From IMG/VR virus record IMGVR_UViG_3300032331_001801: a stretch of 61,140 nucleotides of DNA. One strand, written 5' to 3'. Position numbers and translations under genes: made by a program. Of the stretch, positions 46,974 to 56,465 are shown in pieces. Each line of letters begins with the position of its first letter. Position 1 is the first letter of the stretch. Below the pieces are notes generated by a model. The model did no database searches, was not told the origin of the DNA, and was given only the letters and a program-made list of their open reading frames with translations. Source of the stretch: an uncultured virus (IMG/VR IMGVR_UViG_3300032331_001801) (taxonomy: Duplodnaviria; Heunggongvirae; Uroviricota; Caudoviricetes).

Positions 46974-47654
46974 TTAAGCCTTTTCAAATTTAGAACCAGC
47001 TTCAGTCGCAACCCAATACTGAATGTTGGAAGTTTTATGTTTAAAGTGTGAGATTCCTTTAGAAGAAATCTTGACCTCATACCCACCAGAAATCATCTTA
47101 AAGTTTTCAGTTTTAAATATCATGCGATACTTATCACCATTACCTTTAGTAATCTGTAGGGAGTCAGTGTGTTTAGAATCATCTGTTAAGTCTAATGTCG
47201 ATACAAAAATCTCAGTGCCATCAGATTCAACAACGATATGTGGTGAAGATAAAACGTTTGCTGCTCTCATGATCCAATCAAAATCTTCTGCTGTTAATTC
47301 AAATGCAATTTCGGGATTAGGAACTGCCAATTGTTTTTCGGGTGGAACAGTGATCATACTAGGCGCACAGAAACGATACTTGATCTTGCTGCGACCTTTC
47401 ATGCCAGAGATAAGAACATTGTTGTCTTGAAAGTCTAAGTTCGTATCATCTTTATGTAACGATAGAACAGTAAGAAAATTGTTCAGATCAAATACACCAA
47501 AGTCTGTTGGGATTTCTTCTGAGATTGTAGCTTCAGCCATCACATTCTTTTGGTTAGATACTGTACGAAGTGTCTTACCTTTTTTGAAGAGAATGCCTTG
47601 ATTGATTGAAGCAAAATTCTTCAATACAATTAACGTGTCGTTGGACAGTTTCAT
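46974..47654 (-). CDS. sliding clamp (gp45-like)
   Basis: MKLSNDTLIVLKNFASINQGI, FGVFDLNNFL, YWVATE. Confidence 0.93.
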   Translation of the reverse strand: MKLSNDTLIVLKNFASINQGILFKKGKTLRTVSNQKNVMAEATISEEIPTDFGVFDLNNFLTVLSLHKDDTNLDFQDNNVLISGMKGRSKIKYRFCAPSMITVPPEKQLAVPNPEIAFELTAEDFDWIMRAANVLSSPHIVVESDGTEIFVSTLDLTDDSKHTDSLQITKGNGDKYRMIFKTENFKMISGGYEVKISSKGISHFKHKTSNIQYWVATEAGSKFEKA

Positions 47655-47674
47655 AATTTACTCCATGATTAAAA

Positions 47675-48010
47675 TTATTTTTCACTTGCTGAATACACTG
47701 TATCATGTTCATACAAAAACATCAAGCAACACAATGCATGTGCTAGATGATGTCTGCCTGATTCAGGATCAATTGCTTCACCTTCTTTGAATGCCCACAT
47801 GTGTCGTTGGGCTGCATCAAAGTATCGGTTTAATGAATCGGGAACATGTTTCCAATTATCTGGTTCATATTTCTCGGCACCGAAAGTCAGAACATCAGCA
47901 GTCGCTTTGAGTGCTAATGGTGGTAAAAGACCATAACGAATTTTACCACCATCAAATTTACGACCACCTTCTGTTGCTGTTTGGGATGCCTTGATAGCAT
48001 CCTTGCCCAT
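47675..48010 (-). CDS. dATP/dGTP diphosphohydrolase-like protein (DUF5664)
   Basis: KFDGGK.RY.L, GAEKYEPDNW, DPESGRHHLAHA. Confidence 0.85.
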   Translation of the reverse strand: MGKDAIKASQTATEGGRKFDGGKIRYGLLPPLALKATADVLTFGAEKYEPDNWKHVPDSLNRYFDAAQRHMWAFKEGEAIDPESGRHHLAHALCCLMFLYEHDTVYSASEK

Positions 48011-48825
48011 TATAATTTACCAGTATATTGTGCAACCGCTGGCATGTTACCAGTGAATGCATACGTACCGATGTGTTGCAGTTTCATCCAAGGACATAGA
48101 TAGATTTGACCACCCATCTTACGCCACATCTGACAGAACATATAATCTTCTGACAGGTAACGTTCTGAGCCACCACCAACGATAGACTCAACAGAATCAA
48201 TCACTGTATCAAAGTAGGCATGAATGTATCGTGAACCATCAAAGTGTGCTTGACCCACATGATCAGGTTTGTATCGAATGGTTGGATACTGCACTGCCAT
48301 CTTATCAAACACTTCACGCTTGATCATCATGTGACCAGTACCAATTTCCATAACCTCTAGCGGTTCGGAAACTTGGAATTGCTGTGTGCCTTTAACAACG
48401 TTGAACACATATTCACCAACCAGATTCTCAAGTTCTTTGGGATTCAGGTCTGGATTCTTACGTGCAGTGTCGGCGATGTTACTCCAGTTGATAGATTTCT
48501 TAGGGTATGGTCCACCGATAACATCTTTATCTAGTGCCATTAGTGCGACGATATCATTCGGATCAAAGTGGATGTCCGAATCGATGAACAACATGTGTGT
48601 GAAGTCTGTGCGAAGAAACTCATCTACAAGGTAGTTACGTGCCCGTGTGATAAGTGATTCGTTGAATAGGAAGGAGAACTTTACTTCGATTCCGTAACGC
48701 ATCATTACGGTTTGTAGATCGAGACAGGACTTGACGTACAATCCATGTGACATGCCACCATACATTGGCGTTGCTACGAACAACTTATTTTTTCTCAATT
48801 CCTCAATGTTTACCTGAATTTGCAT
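48010..48825 (-). CDS. GT-A fold glycosyltransferase-like protein
   Basis: VATPMYGG, SLITRARN, FIDSD (DxD), GTGHMMIKR, YLSEDY.FC. Confidence 0.7.
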   Translation of the reverse strand: MQIQVNIEELRKNKLFVATPMYGGMSHGLYVKSCLDLQTVMMRYGIEVKFSFLFNESLITRARNYLVDEFLRTDFTHMLFIDSDIHFDPNDIVALMALDKDVIGGPYPKKSINWSNIADTARKNPDLNPKELENLVGEYVFNVVKGTQQFQVSEPLEVMEIGTGHMMIKREVFDKMAVQYPTIRYKPDHVGQAHFDGSRYIHAYFDTVIDSVESIVGGGSERYLSEDYMFCQMWRKMGGQIYLCPWMKLQHIGTYAFTGNMPAVAQYTGKL

Positions 48826-48837
48826 AATTTACCCATA

Positions 48838-48876
48838 AAAAAGTGAAGATACCCTGTATATATGTATCTTCACTTT
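48838..48876 (-). terminator. intrinsic terminator-like hairpin
   Basis: AAAGTGAAGATAC-N11-GTATCTTCACTTT followed by a T-run. Confidence 0.6.
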
Positions 48877-48878
48877 GA

Positions 48879-48907
48879 AGTATGACAACTTGTTATACCA
48901 ATGTCAA
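48879..48907 (-). promoter_or_regulatory. sigma70-type promoter
   Basis: TTGACA-N17-CATACT. Confidence 0.6.
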
Positions 48908-48934
48908 TACTTTTTATGAGTTTTTGTTTACTTT

Positions 48935-50113
48935 TTAAAAGGGTTCTTCTGTCAAAACTTCTGATGATTTTGGTGTCTCAGTCAAGGTTTCAGCAGTAGC
49001 ACCCGCATCAATTTTGGTATACAAATCCATGAAAGAGATTTTAGTATCCGTATCAAAACGATTCAGACTGTACTCAATCGCTTTCATTTTGCTGCCAAAG
49101 ATGCCGTAAGTCTTAACAATGTGTACCAACCTACGAGTCGAGATAACCTCATCACAACCACCTTCAGCAAAGGTACGACGAGTAACATCAGCCCATGTAA
49201 CAAGCTTCTGAGCAAAGTCATCGTCAGTTTTATCAACTGAAGAAAGTTCTTTAGCAATAATCTTCTGTTCGATCTTTGCAGGTGGCCAATCTTGCTCAAA
49301 TGTATTCGGAAAACGTTCCAAGAAAGCTTCGTTCAATACATTCGTAAACATATAACGACCATCATCAGAACCTTTACCTTTGGTATTTGCTGTAGCAAAC
49401 ACAGTAAAACCATCGGCAGGTTTAACCAATTCATTTTTCTTTTTCAGAAGAAATGGTTTACCTTCAAAGACACGTTGAAGTGCTGACAGATTATTTGAAC
49501 CGTAATCGATTTCATCGATACACAAAACTGCACCTTGACGAGCAGCAACTGTTACTGGACCGTCACGCCACTCCATCTGACCATTGATCAATACAAAGTT
49601 ACCAAGCAAGTCACCTTCATCAGTATCTGGAGTCATGGATACACAAATAAACTTACGATTAAGTTTGGCACATGCCTGTTCAATCGACATTGTTTTACCG
49701 TTACCCGACTGACCAGTAATGAATACAGGAAAGAACTTATTTGATTTGATGATTGCGACCACATCATCAAAGTTACCAAATGGAATGTAGTTGTCGTAAA
49801 CTTCTGGCACTAGATTTTCTATTTCCAAATCAGTGACAACATTAGTGATACGATTCTCTACAGCTTTTGGTTGTGTCATTGGAATAACTTGTGCCACCAT
49901 ATTAATACCCGCAGCAACATTAGCATCAAATACATTAGGAACTTTATACATACCACGACCAACACGATTGGCATCGTCTTTGGTGAACCACTGTGGCAAA
50001 GGTACACCTGCAATTTCTGCTATGTCTTTAACTTCTTGGAATGTAACTTCTGTTTTGTTGGTAGCAATCAATGCTTTGAGAAACTTCTCACGAACTTCAA
50101 CTCGACTTGTCAT
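48935..50113 (-). CDS. CobS/MoxR-like AAA+ ATPase
   Basis: GQSGNGKT, IDEID, ATANTKGKG, LNEAFLERF, ISTRRL. Confidence 0.88.
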   Translation of the reverse strand: MTSRVEVREKFLKALIATNKTEVTFQEVKDIAEIAGVPLPQWFTKDDANRVGRGMYKVPNVFDANVAAGINMVAQVIPMTQPKAVENRITNVVTDLEIENLVPEVYDNYIPFGNFDDVVAIIKSNKFFPVFITGQSGNGKTMSIEQACAKLNRKFICVSMTPDTDEGDLLGNFVLINGQMEWRDGPVTVAARQGAVLCIDEIDYGSNNLSALQRVFEGKPFLLKKKNELVKPADGFTVFATANTKGKGSDDGRYMFTNVLNEAFLERFPNTFEQDWPPAKIEQKIIAKELSSVDKTDDDFAQKLVTWADVTRRTFAEGGCDEVISTRRLVHIVKTYGIFGSKMKAIEYSLNRFDTDTKISFMDLYTKIDAGATAETLTETPKSSEVLTEEPF

Positions 50114-50143
50114 AATATAAACTCCCATTCACAATGTACAACC

Positions 50144-50172
50144 ATTATATTTGATAAACGGTAAACTGTCAA
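50144..50172 (-). promoter_or_regulatory. sigma70 consensus promoter
   Basis: TTGACA-N17-TATAAT, perfect consensus. Confidence 0.8.
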
Positions 50173-50201
50173 GCACCAATTTACCGTTGTTTTTTTACCA
50201 C

Positions 50202-52412
50202 TTATACTGCTATCAAACCTATGAATCTTGATACCAGAACACGATTGACTTGCCGTGTCTTATTATACTTCATAAATGCTTTGGTTAGATTTGTAGCATT
50301 CACTTTAGCAGGTGCTTCAAATTCATCATCCGTTACCGACAACGAGTTACCCGCAGGTAAGATAAAGAAAGAACTGTAACCAGTATTATTTGATTCCAGA
50401 AATTTTTCTTTACGCAAAACCCTAGCATACTTATTCAGTGCATCTGACATACCATAGTTTTTTGGATCACTACGTAAACCATTCATTTCTTTATTAAACA
50501 ACCTACGGCGTAATGCATTCTTTAGATAGTTTTCATCAGCAAGAAAGAATCCAATAATCTTGGTGCCAGTTGTCTTGGTTAACCATTCTGAGACAGCCCA
50601 ACGTACACCATCACTATTCAATTCATCATGTTTCACTTGAATTTGAACTTTGTTCTTCTTGTCATTGATAAAAACATTCATCCAACCAGTAGCAAAACTG
50701 TTATGTCTTGAAACAGTTGAATATGTGGAATCGATTTTATCAGCATCACCATCATGAATGACTACCGTATTCACGATATCCAAATTATTCTTTTCCCTAA
50801 ACCTTTCAATCAAAGGTTTAACAGCAACCAAAGCTTCAGTCATTGGAGTATTTGATAATGCTTCAGCGGGAGTGCGGTAAAAATAATTAGCTTTCCAATT
50901 ACCTCTGAACGTAGTCATCAATGCCAAAATGTTTTTAACTGCTTTCAAGAATTGAGCATTACCCATATTCGAATTCAAGTACTCACGCAAATAAACATTA
51001 CTGAAAACCATTTCATTTGTTTTATCAGTAAAGCATTTTACGTTACCGTCTTCATTCGGGAAATCACTTACACGTGATATTGCACTATTACCATAACCAT
51101 AAACGGTAAACGGTATGTTAACTTTGCGGCAGAATGTGGACAGAATCAGAATCTGTTCAAATGATGCTGACAAGTTACTCTGCATTGAACCAGACTTATC
51201 CAACAACAAAACCAGACCATGTGATTTACCTTTGGGTACACGCATAATCTTTTTGAAGATGCTATCGTCAAGTTGATATTTGTAAATTTTATTTACATCA
51301 ATGTCACCAGTAGCTGCAACTTTTGCTTTGGCGAATTTACTTGCAGCTTTACGCATCTCAAATTCTTTGGCAAGCAAACCAATATAACGTTCATTTTTTT
51401 TACGGAACTGATCATATAATGTTTGAACAACACTATCATAATCAGTGCATTGACTCTTGAATTCTTGAGTAAGGATTTCATGAACACGCGCTACTGGAGT
51501 AATAATATTCTTTAAAATTGGTGTTGGTAATTCAGCGTAAAAATATGTACGTGATTTGGCATCCAACAATTTCTGTTCATTATTACGAAATGCTTCATCA
51601 GTTTCGCATGTTGGTTCCATATCTTTATCAGAAGCTTCAGAACGTTTATCACGATTGATTTTGTTACCGTTTTCATCAAACTCATCACCATCTTCTTCAC
51701 CATCGCCTGGCTCACCTGGCTCACCCTCACCATTTTCTTGATCAGAATCTTCACCATCATCACCATCATCACCAGATTTGGTACCATATTCATCGCCATC
51801 GGAATCTTCAACAAAGAATTCCTGTGCGAATTGTTTCATTTTACTTTGTTCATCTTTGGAATAGTTCCAAATTTCTTCAGTAACTCTAAGAACATCATTC
51901 CATGTTTCACAATCTTTAACTTTTTCTACCAACTCTTCTTCATAGTCGGTAAAGGTAATCTTTAAAGTGTAATCGGATTTTGTAAGTATGTTAAGCCTAT
52001 CAATGAAAGGAAGTTCATCTAGGTTACGATCTTTGATGCCAAAAAAATCACGTTCCATCAAATTCTCATAACCACGAATGAATGATGAACGCAAACCAGG
52101 ATACTTACGTTTGATTTTCTTTTCGATGCGTGGGTCTTCGATTACATTCAGAAAGCTTTTATACTTCTGACCGCGATCACATACCGCAGTGTGCCAACCA
52201 TCTGCTGGAGTGTATAATGCGTGACCAACTTCGTGACCCATCAGAAGATCATAGAGACTACCTGACATATCTTCCCATATAGGACAGGTCAGAACCCGTG
52301 TTATAGGATGAAAGGATGCTGTCTGAGCCTTAGCATGTTGAACTGTGATGTTCTCAGTAGCCATAAGTTTGGCTAGTTGTGATTTCTGTTGCGAATTTGG
52401 TGTGATATTCAT
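50202..52412 (-). CDS. CobT-like metallopeptidase/VWA protein (partner of the MoxR ATPase)
   Basis: HEVGH, acidic linker, LDKSGSM MIDAS. Confidence 0.82.
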   Translation of the reverse strand: MNITPNSQQKSQLAKLMATENITVQHAKAQTASFHPITRVLTCPIWEDMSGSLYDLLMGHEVGHALYTPADGWHTAVCDRGQKYKSFLNVIEDPRIEKKIKRKYPGLRSSFIRGYENLMERDFFGIKDRNLDELPFIDRLNILTKSDYTLKITFTDYEEELVEKVKDCETWNDVLRVTEEIWNYSKDEQSKMKQFAQEFFVEDSDGDEYGTKSGDDGDDGEDSDQENGEGEPGEPGDGEEDGDEFDENGNKINRDKRSEASDKDMEPTCETDEAFRNNEQKLLDAKSRTYFYAELPTPILKNIITPVARVHEILTQEFKSQCTDYDSVVQTLYDQFRKKNERYIGLLAKEFEMRKAASKFAKAKVAATGDIDVNKIYKYQLDDSIFKKIMRVPKGKSHGLVLLLDKSGSMQSNLSASFEQILILSTFCRKVNIPFTVYGYGNSAISRVSDFPNEDGNVKCFTDKTNEMVFSNVYLREYLNSNMGNAQFLKAVKNILALMTTFRGNWKANYFYRTPAEALSNTPMTEALVAVKPLIERFREKNNLDIVNTVVIHDGDADKIDSTYSTVSRHNSFATGWMNVFINDKKNKVQIQVKHDELNSDGVRWAVSEWLTKTTGTKIIGFFLADENYLKNALRRRLFNKEMNGLRSDPKNYGMSDALNKYARVLRKEKFLESNNTGYSSFFILPAGNSLSVTDDEFEAPAKVNATNLTKAFMKYNKTRQVNRVLVSRFIGLIAV

Positions 52413-52437
52413 TTATCTCTCCATTGAACACACAACA

Positions 52438-52466
52438 ATCTTACAACAAACCGATCAAAAATTCAA
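52438..52466 (-). promoter_or_regulatory. sigma70-type promoter
   Basis: TTGAAT-N17-TAAGAT. Confidence 0.55.
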
Positions 52467-52497
52467 GGTAAATGATTGTTGTTGCAAAAATACAACA

Positions 52498-53067
52498 CTA
52501 TTTACGGCTTCGTTGTATCTTTTTGATAATTTTTACTTGCTTTTTCTTTGCCATTTGTAATGCTACTGGTTTGACATAGTTAGTAAAACGTATACCATTC
52601 AGATGATCTAGTTCGTGTAGGAAACATAAGGCACTTACACCTTGAAGTTTACCCTCTTTAACCACACCAAACTCATCAATGTATTCTACATCAATCCACT
52701 CAGGTCTTTCGATACCCAAAAACAATCCAGGATATGATAGGCATCCTTCTTTAGTTTTTATTTTTGTTTCTGATTGGTTAACAACTTTTGGATTGATACA
52801 TGTCATTTGAAATTCATCTGTGCCTATAACAAACATTCTTTCAGAGACACCACATTGATTGGCAGACAAGCCCAAACCAGCATATAGTTTCATGGTCATT
52901 CGCATACGCTTGGCTAATGTAACCAACGCTGGATTAGGAAACCCATCTTTGTATTCTGGCATAACTTTTTGAAGCAATGGAAAGTCTTCACCATAGATTG
53001 GTAGCTGATCAATCTTTTCTGTTGTCTGTATACCTGCACTGGTATCAATTGTTAGTATCTCACTCAT
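52498..53067 (-). CDS. def: peptide deformylase
   Basis: GLGLSANQ, EGCLS, HELDH. Confidence 0.9.
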   Translation of the reverse strand: MSEILTIDTSAGIQTTEKIDQLPIYGEDFPLLQKVMPEYKDGFPNPALVTLAKRMRMTMKLYAGLGLSANQCGVSERMFVIGTDEFQMTCINPKVVNQSETKIKTKEGCLSYPGLFLGIERPEWIDVEYIDEFGVVKEGKLQGVSALCFLHELDHLNGIRFTNYVKPVALQMAKKKQVKIIKKIQRSRK

Positions 53068-54776
53068 TTTACCACCTTTGAAAAGTTCTTTACCTTTTGA
53101 AATTTAATAACATTCGTAAACTTATCTTGTAATATATCACCCTTGTGGCTAATCACAAATAGATTTACATCTTCTAATGAATGGAGAATCCTCATCAGTT
53201 TTTCTGTGCCCGTAGTATCAAGAGAAGAATCAAAGACTTCATCTAGTATCAATAGGTTAGTACTGGATGAGTTCTTTAGTTTTGCAACTGCTCTCCATGT
53301 CAGCATCAATGCCATATCAATACGTTGTTTCTCACCCTCAGAAAAATTATGGTATGAGAAATCATCTCGATGTCTGGACTTGATTGTTTCTTTAAACGAC
53401 TCATCCAGATTAAAGTTCACAAAGAAATCCATTGATGACAAATACATGTTAATCAACTTATTGATTACTGGTAAGTATTGTTTGATGATCTTGGTTTTGA
53501 TTCCAGTATCTTTCAACAGGACTGCGGCTGCATCAAAGTATGACTTCTCATCTTTCAGAAGAACCAGTTCACTAGCAATAGCTATTATCTGTTCCTTCAA
53601 CTCCTCAAGTTCTTTTGCTGCGTTCTCATCTTTGATCTGTTCTTGTTGTAACAGTTCAAGTTGTTTCGTCAATGTGTTGATAGTATTACTAACGCCAGTA
53701 ATAGAAGTATTAGTAACTGCCAGTTTGGTACGGAGATCATATAGTTTTTCCTCTTGCTGATCCAACACATCAAACAAACTTTCTTGTTCTTTTAGTTTGT
53801 CTTGGAGTTCTCGTTGTCCCGTCGATAGTTCCAACTCTTTATTGGACAGTCGCTGAAACTCCCCTTCCTTAAACTCCACGGTAATGGCTTGCCTACACGT
53901 TGGGCAATCCTCATTGTGTTCAAAAAAATGTTTATCCATTCCCACTTTGGATATTTTTTCTTCAATTTGAGATTCAATTTTTCTAAACGATTTGATCTTC
54001 GCATCAACTTTATTTTTCTCTGCCACGGAAACGGTAAGTTCTTCAACCTGTTTTCCCAAGACATCAGCCGATTCATGTAAGGTTTGTAAGGCTTTCTTCT
54101 GACTATCAATCTGATCAACATGGTCTTTTACCCTCACTTCAATACTTTGATTAGTGTTATCGAAATGTTCTTTCTTTATATCATATCTTTGTTTAATTAG
54201 TTCCAGTTCATTCTTTTTAATAATTATGTTATCTTTATTGCCAGATGACCTAGCTTTCACCAGACTATTCATACTGGAAAAGATTTGAATGTCTAGCAGG
54301 TCTTCAATGATTGCTCTACGATCACCAGCAGACAACTGCATGAATGGAACAAACGATGCTGAACCTAGAATAACAATCTGAGTAAACGATTTAAAGTCTA
54401 GCTTGATAATGAATCGTTCAAGATATTCTTGATAGTCTTTCGTTGCTGCATCTTGATTTAGCAGAACACCATCTTGATAAATCTGAAAGATGTTTGGTTT
54501 GATGCCACGAATAATTTTAAAGTTCTTGATGCCAACTTCAAACTCTACCTCTACCACACATTCTTTATTATTGATTGAGTTTAATAGTGTGGGTTTATTA
54601 ATATTACGAAATGCTTTACCAAATAAAGCAAAACACAATGCATCGAGCATCGTTGATTTACCAGAACCATTTGCTCCAACTACCAATGTGTTTGGATTGG
54701 TATCTAGTTTGGTTTCAATCCAATAATTACCCGTCGAAAGCATGTTCTTCCAACGTAATGTTTTAAATTTTATCAT
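53064..54776 (-). CDS. recombination ATPase subunit (gp46/SbcC-like)
   Basis: GANGSGKS, CPTC zinc hook, FSEGE, LDEVFD. Confidence 0.95.
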   Translation of the reverse strand: MIKFKTLRWKNMLSTGNYWIETKLDTNPNTLVVGANGSGKSTMLDALCFALFGKAFRNINKPTLLNSINNKECVVEVEFEVGIKNFKIIRGIKPNIFQIYQDGVLLNQDAATKDYQEYLERFIIKLDFKSFTQIVILGSASFVPFMQLSAGDRRAIIEDLLDIQIFSSMNSLVKARSSGNKDNIIIKKNELELIKQRYDIKKEHFDNTNQSIEVRVKDHVDQIDSQKKALQTLHESADVLGKQVEELTVSVAEKNKVDAKIKSFRKIESQIEEKISKVGMDKHFFEHNEDCPTCRQAITVEFKEGEFQRLSNKELELSTGQRELQDKLKEQESLFDVLDQQEEKLYDLRTKLAVTNTSITGVSNTINTLTKQLELLQQEQIKDENAAKELEELKEQIIAIASELVLLKDEKSYFDAAAVLLKDTGIKTKIIKQYLPVINKLINMYLSSMDFFVNFNLDESFKETIKSRHRDDFSYHNFSEGEKQRIDMALMLTWRAVAKLKNSSSTNLLILDEVFDSSLDTTGTEKLMRILHSLEDVNLFVISHKGDILQDKFTNVIKFQKVKNFSKVVK

Positions 54777-55846
54777 TCAGAATCATCATGGTTTATAGCT
54801 TCAACATATATTTCACGCATCAATGTTTTCAACTTTTCATTCTCAACGGGTAGCTTGAGATTATCAATGTACTTGGAAAGGATAGTTATAGTATCTTCTG
54901 CCTGATCAATAATATCTTGATCGTTAGCTTCAGAATCATCACTGAAGTCTTCCACAATAGTGATGTCAGTAACATCAGCCTTGTACAGACTTTCAATTAC
55001 AAAATCAAATAGGAATGGATTTATTTTATCTATGACAACAACTTTGACGTAGCAATCTTTGTATACACTGTAGTCAAAAGTTCGCCATTGTTCGGCTATG
55101 TTTTCTAGACTATCACTATATTTAATCTTACGGAAAATTTTGTGGGGGTTTCGGAAGAATTCTAATTCACGGGTATTCAAATCAAAGATGTGGAACCCAC
55201 GCATGTCATCATAATCAGACCATGTTATTTCACCAGGCGTACCGACATAATAGATATGTCCGTCACTGGAACGATGATGGAAGTGTCCAGTAAAAACCAT
55301 ATCATATTTTGATAATGATGTACGATCTAAACCTTCATGACAAATGACACCTCGTTCCATTTCAAAGCCAGCAATCTCAAAGTGTCCAAAACAAATCTCT
55401 GAACGACTTTGTTTTACTTTATCAAAGATATCAGCTTGGTTACTGTCGCATAGCCAAGGTATAATATCAACATTAATCCCGTCGAAATCAACTGTATTAA
55501 AAGAATTATATACAGTAACGTTACCATATTCCCCTAGTAATAGTTCTGAAGAGTTAACCTCTAGTGTATTTTTAAATGCAATGTCGTGATTACCCAATAG
55601 GGTTATCAGTTTGATATCATATTCTTTAAGCTTATCAAAGAAGTATTTCCTAGCTAAGTGTAAAGAATTGAAGTTGATATACTTGCGGCGATCAAATAAA
55701 TCCCCTAGCTGAACAACGGTTTTAATGTCGTTCTCTAATAGATATGGGAAGAATGTAGTCGTATAGAACTTCTCATAGTATTTATGAAAATCCAACGAGT
55801 CATTTCGCATTCCAAAATGGGTGTCACCAAGAATAGCTATTTTCAT
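54773..55846 (-). CDS. recombination nuclease subunit (gp47/SbcD-like)
   Basis: DTHFG, GDLFD, GNHD, GHFH. Confidence 0.95.
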   Translation of the reverse strand: MKIAILGDTHFGMRNDSLDFHKYYEKFYTTTFFPYLLENDIKTVVQLGDLFDRRKYINFNSLHLARKYFFDKLKEYDIKLITLLGNHDIAFKNTLEVNSSELLLGEYGNVTVYNSFNTVDFDGINVDIIPWLCDSNQADIFDKVKQSRSEICFGHFEIAGFEMERGVICHEGLDRTSLSKYDMVFTGHFHHRSSDGHIYYVGTPGEITWSDYDDMRGFHIFDLNTRELEFFRNPHKIFRKIKYSDSLENIAEQWRTFDYSVYKDCYVKVVVIDKINPFLFDFVIESLYKADVTDITIVEDFSDDSEANDQDIIDQAEDTITILSKYIDNLKLPVENEKLKTLMREIYVEAINHDDSE

Positions 55847-55850
55847 TGTG

Positions 55851-56387
55851 TTATTCTACATCATTTTCTATGAAATTTTCAAGTCCTTTTACGGCTTTTG
55901 TTTTCTTTTTCTTTTTATTCTCTTCAAAATTGAAGATGAATTCGGAAATGTTATCATAAAGTTCAAACTGTTTCATGTTCCCGTTCTCATCTTCATACAT
56001 CTCCCCCTCATCCAATAGTCCAAACTGTTGGGTAGCCTTATACTTCACATATAACTGCTTCTTCTCCCTCATAATCCTACGGAGAAAAGCATAGTAAATA
56101 ATTTGTGTAAAGTATGCAAAGGGATTCTTACTCTTACTTGGATCAAAGTTACGGAAATACATGATGCAGTTCTCAACCCCATCCGATATCATCTCATCAC
56201 GGTAAGTGTAGGAAATAAAGTTGGGTTTCCGCGATAGGTGTTCCGCTATCTTGAGAAAGCATTCCCCGATGTAATTGGGAATCTTGGGGTCTGGTAAGTT
56301 TTCCGCTTTTGCTTTAACACAATCATCCTTATATTGAATGAGTGCTACTAGAAAATCAGCGTTGTTTACATAGTGATTGGATGCCAT
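55851..56387 (-). CDS. late-transcription sigma factor (gp55-like)
   Basis: HYVNN, NFISYTYRDEMISDG, NPFAYFTQI. Confidence 0.95.
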   Translation of the reverse strand: MASNHYVNNADFLVALIQYKDDCVKAKAENLPDPKIPNYIGECFLKIAEHLSRKPNFISYTYRDEMISDGVENCIMYFRNFDPSKSKNPFAYFTQIIYYAFLRRIMREKKQLYVKYKATQQFGLLDEGEMYEDENGNMKQFELYDNISEFIFNFEENKKKKKTKAVKGLENFIENDVE

Positions 56388-56411
56388 TGTTTACCTTTTT
56401 TTGTCTGCCTA

Positions 56412-56440
56412 TTGACAACCTTTCGACGAGTGGATAAAAT
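56412..56440 (+). promoter_or_regulatory. sigma70-type promoter on the + strand (antisense to the sugar genes, divergent from gp55)
   Basis: TTGACA-N17-TAAAAT. Confidence 0.6.
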
Positions 56441-56465
56441 GCTTTTGTTGCAGATGAAAATGGAT

